IMG/VR virus record: IMGVR_UViG_3300025137_000027
Location: 1-64,000 of that record
Length of the DNA stretch: 64,000 nucleotides
Source: a virus
Strand: one strand, 5' to 3'
Shown in pieces: positions 37,008-46,867 of this stretch (position 1 is its first letter; each line of letters begins with the position of its first letter). Under the pieces are notes generated by a model. That model was not told the DNA's origin. It saw only the letters and a list, made by a program, of their open reading frames with translations, and searched no databases. Position numbers and translations under genes: made by a program.

Positions 37008-38068
37008 GTAAATAAAGTAAGTTGGGCATTACTGATTTCTTTATACTCCTCGTCAGAAAGATACTGCTCAGTAGTAATGTTGAACCACATCTCTTCTTCT
37101 TTGTCCCAGATAAAATCGTATCCATCCCCTGATTGGTAATACCCCTCGTCTTCCTCAGTATAGTCGTCAAAAATCGAGGAGCTATAAACAGTTGGACTAG
37201 TAGGCTGTCGGTAATCTGCGTAGTCTTTGAGTAAAGGCAAATCTGCATTAGGAACAGTGTCGTTAAAGTACAGCCAGGATGTAACGACCATTCCATTGTC
37301 TAATGAAATCTTTATCTCTTTACGTTGGTACCATTCCGGATGATTCTCTAGCTGGTCCATCTGGTTTAGAGTAGCGTCGTCTACTGCATATACTTCGACC
37401 CTAAGATTGTGACCGTCTTCTCTGTGCCCTGAGGCTACATACGGAATGCCTTGTGCTACCATTGCATACTGCTCGATAGTTTGACCTGCTCCAAGAAGAC
37501 GAGCACTGCTAAGTAAACGGTGGTTGCCGAAGCCTTTACGGAGAGTACCGTATACTGCTACAAGATGTGGGCAATCTAAGACATTGGGCTTACTGTAGTA
37601 TACCCCATCGTTTATGTGCCAGTTACCTATACGATTTACATATACCTTACCTGATTTGCTCATACGAGTGTATGCAAACCTGCTATCCGTTAAAGACAAT
37701 ATGTCTTTCCATGATTGCCAAGGCGTTTTACGAAGTGTGTCTGCCACAAAACGTGTATCAGATATGTCTTTATCCCAGGTGTGCGGTACCTGCACGGTGC
37801 CGTTATGGAATAGCCAGTTATGTTCGTTGACTTTAACTGGATGAGCATTGTCTATATCAGTTGTGCCTACTGTAGTAAGGCGGGCGTGAAAGATATAAGG
37901 ACGCTCAGACTGTAGCCAGTCCTGAGCTTCCGCAATGTTCATTGTCTTTAAGACTTTGCCATCATCCAAAGTTTGGATACCAAAACCATGGGGGTTGTAT
38001 GCCAGCGCTTGGGCGGCAATAGAGGGATCAAGCTTCCCGGTTTGCTTCTTGACTATAATCACACACAT
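37004..38068 (-). CDS. class II glutamine amidotransferase fused to gamma-glutamylcyclotransferase (AIG2-like)
   Basis: N-terminal nucleophile Cys2 (MCVI), HARLTT, HP, HNG, SDT; second domain VAVYGTLRKGFGNH...LDQLE-like motif...Y.R. Confidence 0.85.
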   Translation of the reverse strand: MCVIIVKKQTGKLDPSIAAQALAYNPHGFGIQTLDDGKVLKTMNIAEAQDWLQSERPYIFHARLTTVGTTDIDNAHPVKVNEHNWLFHNGTVQVPHTWDKDISDTRFVADTLRKTPWQSWKDILSLTDSRFAYTRMSKSGKVYVNRIGNWHINDGVYYSKPNVLDCPHLVAVYGTLRKGFGNHRLLSSARLLGAGQTIEQYAMVAQGIPYVASGHREDGHNLRVEVYAVDDATLNQMDQLENHPEWYQRKEIKISLDNGMVVTSWLYFNDTVPNADLPLLKDYADYRQPTSPTVYSSSIFDDYTEEDEGYYQSGDGYDFIWDKEEEMWFNITTEQYLSDEEYKEISNAQLTLFT

Positions 38069-38978
38069 CTAAAGTGAGTTGTTTTAAATTTGACTTAACC
38101 GTAGGATTTGGTTGGACGATGAGTCTGTTCCTTACTCCGGTTGGAATTAGAGTGCGCACCTTGCTATAGGATTTCCACTCGATTGATTCTACTGCAAAGG
38201 CTTTGCTGTATGCAGCTGCTAATAGGACTTTCTCGCCATACTTCTTTTCATACAAGCCGTAGATATGACTTCCTAACTCGCTGTTGATGTCAAGTAAGTC
38301 TTTATAGATTGTATCCCAGGACAGGTCTTCGTACTTCTCTGTGGTAAACAGAATACGAAGTAAAGTTACCCGCCACTCTAGCTGTTTGAGAGATTTAATA
38401 GCACTGAAAAGCCGTATCTCCATGCGATCCGAGCTACCAAGATTGATAGCATTGTATCTTTCGTTGTAGTCGTTCTTGGTGTAGAACTTAGAGTAGCCTC
38501 TTCTCTTCGCCCGCTTAGGGTAGAGAGCGTAGAGTAACGGGATAATCTGTGCAGCTTTCTTAGCATACCAATCAGCATCAGCGTTATGCTTTGAAACAGT
38601 GATGTGTCCACCACATGCGTAGCTGGTTTTAGAATGGATGAGGTAGTTTAATACAGGTTCACTTAAGTGTGTCTTGTATATGTCATTACAAAGATTGTAG
38701 ATAGGGCTGATAAGCTCGAATCCATAATTTCCTAGTGACCCGTCTCTTTCTGCACGCCAGGAGTTAGGAAGATACTCTTCTCTTTGACCTTGGTATAGTT
38801 GACAGATGTGTCTGCCAGGCTCGTCTTCTTTCTCTGCTTCGATACCGAATCGGTACATAGCACGAGGAGTCGTATCCCAGATAGCAGCTACAGAATGGTA
38901 TCCATATAAGTCACCGTATGTATAGGGAGCATCTTCGCATAGTGCTTCGTACATGTCTTCTCTTACTTCGGTTGGCAT
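38028..38978 (-). CDS. putative amidoligase (COOH-NH2 ligase, glutamine-synthetase-like fold)
   Basis: FGIEAE, DGSL, FELISP, CGGHITVS, RYNAIN, EIRLF; adjacent to GATase/GGCT as is typical. Confidence 0.8.
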   Translation of the reverse strand: MPTEVREDMYEALCEDAPYTYGDLYGYHSVAAIWDTTPRAMYRFGIEAEKEDEPGRHICQLYQGQREEYLPNSWRAERDGSLGNYGFELISPIYNLCNDIYKTHLSEPVLNYLIHSKTSYACGGHITVSKHNADADWYAKKAAQIIPLLYALYPKRAKRRGYSKFYTKNDYNERYNAINLGSSDRMEIRLFSAIKSLKQLEWRVTLLRILFTTEKYEDLSWDTIYKDLLDINSELGSHIYGLYEKKYGEKVLLAAAYSKAFAVESIEWKSYSKVRTLIPTGVRNRLIVQPNPTVKSNLKQLTLDVCDYSQEANREA

Positions 38979-39178
38979 GGCTCATCCATATTGTCAAACT
39001 CATTAACTAAACTGAATATTTGCATGATGAATAGATCAGCATCGACATTCCCGTTTCGGTAAAGTTTAACTGCGTGTGATACATTCTTCATACATGTTTG
39101 TGCGTATTCTAATTCCGGCGCACCAGCCGTCATACCACTCGAAATTTCTTCGTGGTAATGCTCTTTTAATTTACCCAT
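38963..39178 (-). CDS. hypothetical protein
   Basis: 71-aa ORF tiled within the operon. Confidence 0.55.
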   Translation of the reverse strand: MGKLKEHYHEEISSGMTAGAPELEYAQTCMKNVSHAVKLYRNGNVDADLFIMQIFSLVNEFDNMDEPCQPK

Positions 39179-39323
39179 TTTCTTTTAATTTAAATGCTTC
39201 TTCCATAGCTCTCTCAAACCTTTTATAGTTTTTGAACCCTATTCTCTTTGTTAAAGATGTTACATTGATATTTTCATCTGCTAACTTTAACATTAGTCCG
39301 TCAATTATTTCTTCTTTACTCAT
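39171..39323 (-). CDS. 50-aa hypothetical protein (below the ORF-track cutoff)
   Basis: MSKEKIIDGLMLKLADENINVTSLTKRIGFKNYKRFERAMEEAFKLKENG; fills the gap. Confidence 0.55.
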   Translation of the reverse strand: MSKEEIIDGLMLKLADENINVTSLTKRIGFKNYKRFERAMEEAFKLKENG

Positions 39324-39324
39324 C

Positions 39325-39780
39325 TTATATAGAATAAAGGTGTGAAGGGTCTGGGATATCCAGACTCATATTCTCAGCAGCCCACTGTCGTATGTTGTCT
39401 ATGTAAAGCTTAAACTCTTTAGTAGACATATCCTTAGTGGACTTCTTGGTCAGTGCGATAACGCGTCCTGTTTCAGGATGGTACAACTCTTGCTTAGCGA
39501 AGAGTTCTTTCATCACTTCATGAACGATATCGCGTGTTAGATTGCCGGTTCTACCAGTGACTAAGTCGCCTGCTTGGTATCCGGATGATACAAGTTCTTC
39601 TCGAATCATGTATAGTAGCGTACCCCAGTAATATCTATTCTGAGGATTGCTGCGTAGTCGTACACTGTTGACTGTTACTTCAACGTCGTGTCCTTCGAGC
39701 TTACGTAGCTCGTTGTGAAATTGAAGATCTTCATACGGTATTAGTACACCGTCTTTAATCTTCCCGGTAATATGTATCAT
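39325..39780 (-). CDS. NinB/YbcN-like recombination protein
   Basis: RSNPQNRYYWG and STKDMSTKEFKLYID...IPDP. Confidence 0.7.
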   Translation of the reverse strand: MIHITGKIKDGVLIPYEDLQFHNELRKLEGHDVEVTVNSVRLRSNPQNRYYWGTLLYMIREELVSSGYQAGDLVTGRTGNLTRDIVHEVMKELFAKQELYHPETGRVIALTKKSTKDMSTKEFKLYIDNIRQWAAENMSLDIPDPSHLYSI

Positions 39781-40367
39781 ACATAGAAAAGCGTGTGCTC
39801 TCTTGTGTCTGTTGTAATGGTAAATACTAGCTTACGTTCTTCCGTAGTTTCTACTGGAAAGAACTCCATGCTAGCAGCCTTACTGACGTACTTGATATTG
39901 TCATCAGGTATCAGTTTTTCATTTACGATAAGATCTTGGAACACCTTTAGGTAAATCCATTTGTTATCTAAATCCCAGTCGGCTTTACCAGCTACATCAT
40001 ACATGGCACAACTGATTTGAATTGGGAACTTGTCTCTTGGAATCTTCCGAACCTTCCTAAGGTAAGGGCGGAAGGCATCCTTAATAGCGTTAACTACCTT
40101 GACTCGCATGACTGGTCTTGTATTACCAGCATAGAAGTCTTGGCCGTTAATCTTCTTCATACGCGGGGTGTTTACACTCTTCGCGTTACGAATAATAGGT
40201 TGTCCATCGTTAGTACAAAGCCTACCCTTTCGGTCATACCCGAAAGTAGGGTCTTGGAACTTCTTTGGAATCTTGTCTTTACTAGTGTAGTAGGTCGCTC
40301 GTCTTCGGTTGCTCATCTTTACGTGGGTGATGAACTCCGGAATCTCTATCGTTACGATATGTGCCAT
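39777..40367 (-). CDS. RusA-like Holliday junction resolvase
   Basis: DLDN...K...D.......DDN..V acidic motif. Confidence 0.7.
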   Translation of the reverse strand: MAHIVTIEIPEFITHVKMSNRRRATYYTSKDKIPKKFQDPTFGYDRKGRLCTNDGQPIIRNAKSVNTPRMKKINGQDFYAGNTRPVMRVKVVNAIKDAFRPYLRKVRKIPRDKFPIQISCAMYDVAGKADWDLDNKWIYLKVFQDLIVNEKLIPDDNIKYVSKAASMEFFPVETTEERKLVFTITTDTREHTLFYV

Positions 40368-41331
40368 CCCATAAAGATATGAGTTTCTCTACCTTGCTTC
40401 GACCATAAGCCTGCACTAAGTCGCTAATGTCCTTAGCTCCATAGTTAATCGACCCGAATCTACCGTCGGTTAGAAACATAGGTCTGATGCCATACTTCTT
40501 ACGCATGTAGTTAGCCATCGTTACACCAGCTCGGTCAAAATCATATAGACTTACGACAGTATGTGCTTCAGAAAGTAACCCAGTAATCCAAACTTCATCT
40601 GGGTACACGGTCTCAGACTGAGGAGCTACAGCAGTGATGCCAAACTCATGTAAGACCATCACGTCTTTCATACTTTTAGTAATGACTACTAGACCTGTAG
40701 TATCTCGCAGCACTTGGTAACCTTGTACCAAGCTACAGTTGCACATGAATCGGTTAGTCTTCCGTTTAGGGAAATAGATTTTGTATTGATCGTCACCAAA
40801 ATCATATGCATAAGCAGGGTCACCTTTCCTATAGGAGTAGATGCAATTGCCGTTTAACCATGCTGCTTCAAGTGGAGGTACATGGAAGTGCAGTAGAGTA
40901 GATTTACTTATACCGAACTGTGTCCAGAACTCTCTGTCCTCTTCGTTGAAAGGACGTCTCTTGATTTGTATTACAGTCTCGCGTCGCTGAAAAGTGACGA
41001 GGTGCGGGTAGTCTTTACGCTCTACCCGCACTCCATCAATCAAATTAAAGTCATTTGCTATAATCTCTAGTGCCTCGTGAAAGGAGCAGTTGTAGATATG
41101 CATTACAATCTTGAAACAACCGCCGCTTAGAAATCCAGCAAAGTCTTTGAATATCAGCGAGCCTTCTTTATTGTAGAAAAATCCACAGGTCGGATTCTTA
41201 TCCTCACGTAGAGGGCTAAGAAACCTAGCCTTAAGCTTAATGGGCACTTTAAGGTAGTGCTGCATTATCTGCTCTTGGCTTAGTTCCCCAAGGATATAGT
41301 CTGCGCTTAAGTCAGGCTTAAGCTGATACAT
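40282..41331 (-). CDS. DNA primase (crAss-type DnaG, TOPRIM)
   Basis: SPLREDKNPT, FKDF, ITKSMKDVM, YDFDRAG, KDISD. Confidence 0.85.
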   Translation of the reverse strand: MYQLKPDLSADYILGELSQEQIMQHYLKVPIKLKARFLSPLREDKNPTCGFFYNKEGSLIFKDFAGFLSGGCFKIVMHIYNCSFHEALEIIANDFNLIDGVRVERKDYPHLVTFQRRETVIQIKRRPFNEEDREFWTQFGISKSTLLHFHVPPLEAAWLNGNCIYSYRKGDPAYAYDFGDDQYKIYFPKRKTNRFMCNCSLVQGYQVLRDTTGLVVITKSMKDVMVLHEFGITAVAPQSETVYPDEVWITGLLSEAHTVVSLYDFDRAGVTMANYMRKKYGIRPMFLTDGRFGSINYGAKDISDLVQAYGRSKVEKLISLWDGTYRNDRDSGVHHPRKDEQPKTSDLLH

Positions 41332-41957
41332 TACCAGGGAGCAGTATCCTCCGTTGTCGCAGTAGACTTCTCACTGCTAGACCATGCTTCTCCAGAACTA
41401 TCAGGAGCAGCAGCTTCCACGATATCCCACTTAGGGTCAATCACAAGACGGTTAGGCTCAGTCATCGCTTGGATAAATGGCTTGAACGCTCTGTTAGGGA
41501 AGGTTGTAAACTGACTGTTCTTCTTGTAGACAATCTTTACACGGCAAGGCACGTCGACATAAGTCTGACCAAGCATCTTGATCACGCCGTCTGCAAACTC
41601 TTTGAAGTTGGCAGCACGGAATACACACTTGTCCTTAGGGATAAAGCATGAAAGAACGTGCTTGATACGCTCGCCTTGAGCGTCAAACTGCTGCTTAACA
41701 AATGCTTCAGCATCAGCAGTAGACTTGCCCCAACCTTTAGCAAGCTCTTGGAGTCGTGCCGGGTCAATAGGAAATTCTATATGTGTAAAGCTAGAGCCAG
41801 CGCTATCGCTGAATAGAAACTTAAGTACATCGTCTCCACTGCCATCGGCTTTAAGAGGTTCGTACAACACGTCTTTAAGGTTTACGTTTTCAGTAATACC
41901 TGCCGCGATACGAGAGCCTCCACTAGAAGCGCCCGTTTGTTCATCAAATCCGTACAT
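41331..41957 (-). CDS. putative ssDNA-binding/annealing protein
   Basis: Lies between the AAA ATPase and primase; acidic tail ending EDTAPW. Confidence 0.5.
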   Translation of the reverse strand: MYGFDEQTGASSGGSRIAAGITENVNLKDVLYEPLKADGSGDDVLKFLFSDSAGSSFTHIEFPIDPARLQELAKGWGKSTADAEAFVKQQFDAQGERIKHVLSCFIPKDKCVFRAANFKEFADGVIKMLGQTYVDVPCRVKIVYKKNSQFTTFPNRAFKPFIQAMTEPNRLVIDPKWDIVEAAAPDSSGEAWSSSEKSTATTEDTAPW

Positions 41958-42643
41958 TATTTTATTGTATCAGGGTAAATTTTATTCCAATTTAATTCTA
42001 AGAACTGACCTGCTAAGGTAGGAATGCGGCACCCAGCGTCAGTATTAATTCCGGTTCGGAAATCAACCATTAGTTTATCTTCTTCACGGACTATGCGTCC
42101 TACCCCATCCATAATAGAACAGAGGTGAGTCTTGAGTTTACCTGTAAGGTTAATCTTCTGTACTTCTACACCCTCGTCATCGTGCCCATCTTTCTGGTGC
42201 CCGACAATAATGATGTGCTTTGAAGCACGTGCAAACTGCTCGACTATTGCAATAACTTGACTGCGCATTAGTGACCAGCCCTTACCGTGAGGGATGTCGC
42301 CAATGTGCTTTACATTGTTAGAGTTGCATATAGCCTCGCCTACCCACTGCTCGATATGATCAATGGTATCTAAGACAATAAAGTCATGCTTGCTAGGATT
42401 CTCTAGCAAATAGTCAAGAGTTTCTCTTAGCATGGGCAGTCCATCTACAACGATGCTTGTTGCACCATCGCAGTAGGATGTGCCGCCTACTAACTCTTCT
42501 CCATAGTTGCCCTTGACTTCGGTGTCGATAATCAGGTGCGAGGGTAATTGTGCTACTGCACTTGTTTTACCCACCTTCGGTTTTCCATACAAGAACAACC
42601 GGTGTGGCGATAATGCTGCCACCGTTACTTTAGGTTTAATCAT
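41957..42643 (-). CDS. AAA_24 / Sak4-like ATPase
   Basis: LYGKPKVGKTS Walker A, IDTE, IVLDTID, G.GW, IVGH. Confidence 0.8.
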   Translation of the reverse strand: MIKPKVTVAALSPHRLFLYGKPKVGKTSAVAQLPSHLIIDTEVKGNYGEELVGGTSYCDGATSIVVDGLPMLRETLDYLLENPSKHDFIVLDTIDHIEQWVGEAICNSNNVKHIGDIPHGKGWSLMRSQVIAIVEQFARASKHIIIVGHQKDGHDDEGVEVQKINLTGKLKTHLCSIMDGVGRIVREEDKLMVDFRTGINTDAGCRIPTLAGQFLELNWNKIYPDTIK

Positions 42644-42986
42644 CTAGTATTCCGTCTTCTATTTCATGATATATAGCGCCGAGTAATGTTCGAGCGCGAT
42701 CTCTAAGATACGTAATAAGCTCCTTATCTTCTACTATTATGTCAGCAGAACTAGCAGTGTATTCCTCTGCAGGAGAAGCAGTTACGTAGTTTTTGCCAAT
42801 GAATTTATAGATTCTATACTTACCTAAAAGTACGAATTGAGTAGGAGGAGCATACGTGCTTTTACCCAAGCTGTCATTGTCATACTTTGAGATAAGTATG
42901 CTACCTACATCAAAGCTTTTAGAGACCGTAGGGGTTGTCTCTACGTGCTGCCGTATCTCCACTGTCCCAGTCTTCAAAGATTCCAT
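42636..42986 (-). CDS. hypothetical protein
   Basis: ORF tiling between dnaB and the ATPase; start uncertain. Confidence 0.5.
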   Translation of the reverse strand: MESLKTGTVEIRQHVETTPTVSKSFDVGSILISKYDNDSLGKSTYAPPTQFVLLGKYRIYKFIGKNYVTASPAEEYTASSADIIVEDKELITYLRDRARTLLGAIYHEIEDGILDD

Positions 42987-43899
42987 GTCTTAAATTATTT
43001 TTAAGTAGCGTAATGCCTGCCTGACCGTGTCGGTTCTTAAGGCAATGCAATGCTACTAGATTTCTAGTCGGTAAGTTTTTCCTACCGTACGCTTCTAGCC
43101 CTAGTAACGAAGGCTGATGGATTACCATGACAATATCAGCAGCGTGGTACAGCTGCTTACTGCCGTGGATGTCAGTCTTCAAGGGGTAGTGTAGATTGGG
43201 AGAATCAGGATCGCGTCTCTTCTCACCTTCTATCTTGTCATTGAGTTGAGAGAGTAAGAGAACCATAGCGCCAAAGCGTTTACGGATTTCGATACTAATC
43301 TTACCTAGTTCAGCGAGTGTTTGAATCTCGTTCTCTCCAGGCATAGGATTTACAAGCAGAGTGTGGTCAAGGCATATAACATAATGACAATCGCCATGTT
43401 GTTTAATGAACTCTTGCACAGTACGAGCAATCTGTACCCTGTTACCAGGTGTTTCTATAAAATAAATAGAAGGCTCGTCAATCTGTTTGAGCTTATCCTC
43501 AATCATCACCCGCTCAGTATCATTAAGAGCAGTCGTAGCGTGAAGCATCCTATCTAGGGGTACTTCAGCTAATGATGAAAGTCTACGCATCAGTTCCATT
43601 TCTGCAGACATCTCGAAAGAAAAGTGCAGAATCTTTACTGGCTTGTCAAACTTATTGTAAGCAGTTGAAGTAAAGTCACGGAGTAAGTTGTTTAAAAACA
43701 TACTCTTACCATGACCTGACGCACCCGCTACTACATATACCATCCCAAACTGCATGCCACCCAGCAGCATCTTGTTGACTTTCTCCCAGCGTGTTTTCAT
43801 CACAGGGATTTTGCCATCCATATAGTTGTGAATCGTAGTCTGAGTAGATTCTACGACTGATGCCATTGGGCGTACTAGAAGTTCAGAGAATTCGGTCAT
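42919..43899 (-). CDS. dnaB: DnaB-like SF4 replicative helicase
   Basis: GASGHGKS, FSFEM, LDH, LSQLN, ADIV, KNRHG. Confidence 0.88.
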   Translation of the reverse strand: MTEFSELLVRPMASVVESTQTTIHNYMDGKIPVMKTRWEKVNKMLLGGMQFGMVYVVAGASGHGKSMFLNNLLRDFTSTAYNKFDKPVKILHFSFEMSAEMELMRRLSSLAEVPLDRMLHATTALNDTERVMIEDKLKQIDEPSIYFIETPGNRVQIARTVQEFIKQHGDCHYVICLDHTLLVNPMPGENEIQTLAELGKISIEIRKRFGAMVLLLSQLNDKIEGEKRRDPDSPNLHYPLKTDIHGSKQLYHAADIVMVIHQPSLLGLEAYGRKNLPTRNLVALHCLKNRHGQAGITLLKNNLRHGIFEDWDSGDTAARRDNPYGL

Positions 43900-44440
43900 G
43901 CGGTAAGTCTTCTGTAGGGGTTTCTTTCATCATCTCCCAAAGGTCGACGAAAGTTTCTGCTTGTAACCACTTGTCTATACGTGTGCTAATCAACTTCCTG
44001 TCTTTGGCAAACTGCAAAGCTGCCATTACTTTCTTGTGATCGTGCACGCTACCAACGTGTTTATGGTACCACTTTACCATTTCCTCCTTGTTGACAGCTT
44101 TAAGAGTAATCTTTTTGCCATCGATAGTACTGTAAGGAGGATAGCTCTTCCAAAACTCATCGCCATCTGTGGTTGAGACAGAATAAAAGGCTTTGCTAAA
44201 CTCTTCCGTTACTTCATAGTACTCTGCGTACTTTGAATTTGCAGAAGGGTTTGTATCAACTACTAAGCCTTTGGTTACGAGGTCGTCTAGATACTCTTTA
44301 GGAAATATCTGTCCTTCCTCTCCAATTTTGTAAAGCAGATCGTGTCGTCTTTCATATATGATTTGACAAAACAATACTTGAATAGGGCTGATGTTTAGCT
44401 TAAGCAATACATCTACGTATTTGTCAAGCGGGTACACCAT
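43883..44440 (-). CDS. putative replication initiator/helicase-loader-like protein
   Basis: Winged-helix-like N-terminus and FWKSYP motif, directly upstream of dnaB. Confidence 0.4.
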   Translation of the reverse strand: MVYPLDKYVDVLLKLNISPIQVLFCQIIYERRHDLLYKIGEEGQIFPKEYLDDLVTKGLVVDTNPSANSKYAEYYEVTEEFSKAFYSVSTTDGDEFWKSYPPYSTIDGKKITLKAVNKEEMVKWYHKHVGSVHDHKKVMAALQFAKDRKLISTRIDKWLQAETFVDLWEMMKETPTEDLPHDRIL

Positions 44441-44583
44441 TGCTCTTTAAGATTGTTTGTTCAACACATCGGGCATCCGTTAACTCTTGGGATATCTGAG
44501 TAAGGGAAGCTTCTAAATTATACTCTTCACTCAGAGATAGTTGGAACTGCCATGGTTGGTCAGCCCACTCCCTCTTACCAGAC

Positions 44584-45822
44584 TTAACCAGTAATAGGAT
44601 TTCTGAGTAAAGAGTCGTTGCACTTTGTGAGTAGTTCCTCGATAGAGTGTACCCATTCGATATTCGCGGACTTACTTTGCCGCTTCTTAAGCCATTTTTC
44701 ATCCTGTGTATCTTTCAGATATAGGTTAATAATAACTCCGGTCTTATTCTCCTGAAACCTAATGGCTCGACCTGTACGTTGTAGGTCTTGCCTGGGTGTC
44801 GAAGTCCCGGAACAAACTATTGCCAACTCTATGCCTTCTACATCAAATCCCTCGTCCAATGCGCGTGCTGTATGAATCACACGGATATCGGTACGTCTGT
44901 CTGCAAAAGAATCTAGTACGTTTTGACGGGCGTACTTAGACATTTTTGAATGGTACGCAGCGCCCCATGGCTGCGTCTCTTTGTTCATTTGTATAGCGAA
45001 GTCAACACTCTCGCTAAAAGTGATAGTAGGTACGTCAAAGATCTCAATGAGTTTCTTTGCTGCAGTCTGCTTAGTAGCACTCTTGTAGATGAGCTGCTTT
45101 CGCTTTTGCATTGCTCGGTTAAACGCACGGGCCTGATTCAGTACCTGTTGTTCGTCCCATCCTGCCAAGTTTCTAGTGAATACTGACAGGTATTGTCGGT
45201 CTTGCATACAGCGCATAGCTGCATGGAACCGGTTGTTAAAGATAGCAAATGCTTTGTAATAAGCATCCGTAACTACCCCATACTCTTCAGCCTCTTTCTC
45301 GCCCATGCGTAGACCAAGGTTAAAGACTTGAAACTGTGATACATAGTTGTTACGCACAGCTTCCCGAAGAGAGATAGTATCTATGACTGGAGCTGCACTA
45401 GATATGATATGAAACCTAGGGTCTTCATGATCTAGTGTAGCAGTCAAGCCAAGGATATACCGATAGTCGGTACAGCCAAAGATACCTCTAAATACATCAG
45501 ACATGTAGTTATGTATCTCGTCAAGTATCAACAAGTCACACTCAGTTTGTATTTTAACTGCACTGTTTATGACTCTAACAGTTGTGTTAGTGATACCCAT
45601 TGCTTCAATCTGCTTTTGCCATTGGTCTCGCAGATTCTGAGTGGGTACAATAACAAGTGCAGTTCCTGTAGGTAACCGCATGTTAAGGTCTTGAATGATA
45701 AGCAGAGCAACGTAAGTCTTACCGAAGCCTGTTACAGCCTCGAGAGTACCACGTCGCCCTGCTTTAGTCCATTTGTCTATGACCTGCTGCTGTCGTTTGA
45801 GTCGCCGCTGGTCAATCTTCAT
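44584..45822 (-). CDS. superfamily 2 DExH helicase
   Basis: TGFGKT, LDEIH, LGLTAT, LDEGFD, QRTGRAIR. Confidence 0.88.
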   Translation of the reverse strand: MKIDQRRLKRQQQVIDKWTKAGRRGTLEAVTGFGKTYVALLIIQDLNMRLPTGTALVIVPTQNLRDQWQKQIEAMGITNTTVRVINSAVKIQTECDLLILDEIHNYMSDVFRGIFGCTDYRYILGLTATLDHEDPRFHIISSAAPVIDTISLREAVRNNYVSQFQVFNLGLRMGEKEAEEYGVVTDAYYKAFAIFNNRFHAAMRCMQDRQYLSVFTRNLAGWDEQQVLNQARAFNRAMQKRKQLIYKSATKQTAAKKLIEIFDVPTITFSESVDFAIQMNKETQPWGAAYHSKMSKYARQNVLDSFADRRTDIRVIHTARALDEGFDVEGIELAIVCSGTSTPRQDLQRTGRAIRFQENKTGVIINLYLKDTQDEKWLKKRQSKSANIEWVHSIEELLTKCNDSLLRNPITG

Positions 45823-46291
45823 AAGCCATAGAGGTATTCATTCGCTCTTCACTTACATAATCCCATGACTCGCCCCACATTTTACCGTGTGGCAGCTCGA
45901 TAAAAGCATGAGCATAGCCGCCATCATTGACTTCGCACACAGAGAAACGCTCATAAATAAACTGACCTAGTGTGTAGTCGTTCCCTTCCTCGATGCTAAC
46001 TGTGTATTCGCGCTCTGTGTTGTTTCCATTAAAGTCTATTCCCGTGCGTTTCTGAGTATAGTAATACCTAGAAGGGTCTCTTTCTCCAATCAGATACGAT
46101 GGAGGAGCGCACCCATTTACTTTGCAGAACTTTATACCTTCAGGAGTTAAGAAGTGTATTTCTTCTATACCTCCGCTATCTCCGCACCCTTGCCAATGAA
46201 TATGTACGCCGGGGAAATCACGAGGGCTGACGGAGTGCGTCTTGTATAAGTCCTCCAATGTGTCGAGGATCTTTCTTGGAATCCGTTCCAT
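45812..46291 (-). CDS. DUF6878-like protein
   Basis: G.GDSG and NDGGY motifs; paired with the DUF6915-like gene. Confidence 0.55.
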   Translation of the reverse strand: MERIPRKILDTLEDLYKTHSVSPRDFPGVHIHWQGCGDSGGIEEIHFLTPEGIKFCKVNGCAPPSYLIGERDPSRYYYTQKRTGIDFNGNNTEREYTVSIEEGNDYTLGQFIYERFSVCEVNDGGYAHAFIELPHGKMWGESWDYVSEERMNTSMAYED

Positions 46292-46628
46292 GGTCTTCTA
46301 ATTTTAATTTACGACCGGTCATCCAGAACTCTTTTGGGAGATCCTTTAACCAGTCTTGTACTGATGGGACAAAGCCCAAGTCTTCTACGATATGCGTCTC
46401 GGCAATGGTCCTAACAGGTACCTCTATGCCGTCGCTATTCATTATTGTTTTCCCGAATTTCTCTTCGCAAGCAAATACGCCAAAGCTATGATGACGCAAA
46501 GCACGATGTCGATGGTCACTAAAAGCAATCTTAGAGCCATCAATCCACTCATGTATAGCCATATAGTCTTCTGGAATACCACGAAAGCGACGAGTAGTAC
46601 TAACAGCGTGATGATAAGCATGTGCCAT
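46218..46628 (-). CDS. DUF6915-like His-rich protein
   Basis: HAVS, EDY..IH.W.D.SK, RHRALRHH, VPVR.IAE.HI.EDLG..PS..DWL. Confidence 0.7.
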   Translation of the reverse strand: MAHAYHHAVSTTRRFRGIPEDYMAIHEWIDGSKIAFSDHRHRALRHHSFGVFACEEKFGKTIMNSDGIEVPVRTIAETHIVEDLGFVPSVQDWLKDLPKEFWMTGRKLKLEDHGTDSKKDPRHIGGLIQDALRQPS

Positions 46629-46867
46629 TATAAATCAATTATTATTTCTCTTACATCTATATCTCGTTCTTTAGCAGACTTGAGAAGGTCTTTAAAACTA
46701 GACCGAAAGAGAAGGGTTTGTTGGCTGTCAATGTCTTCAAGAACATAGGCAGATAACTCTCGGTACAAACGATACTTACCCGTACGAGGGGCTTGGAAGA
46801 TATCCTTGCATATAGCTTGAATATCTTCCAAAACCTCTATGTACAGGCGTTGTTGCCGAATGTCCAT
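46628..46867 (-). CDS. hypothetical protein
   Basis: 79-aa ORF coupled on both sides. Confidence 0.55.
   Translation of the reverse strand: MDIRQQRLYIEVLEDIQAICKDIFQAPRTGKYRLYRELSAYVLEDIDSQQTLLFRSSFKDLLKSAKERDIDVREIIIDL

Noticed and set aside
44424-44702. 92-aa ORF bridging the SF2 helicase and the next gene (possible frameshift extension or non-ATG start)
   Set aside because: It could be real since it fills a gap, but I cannot identify a credible start or slippery site
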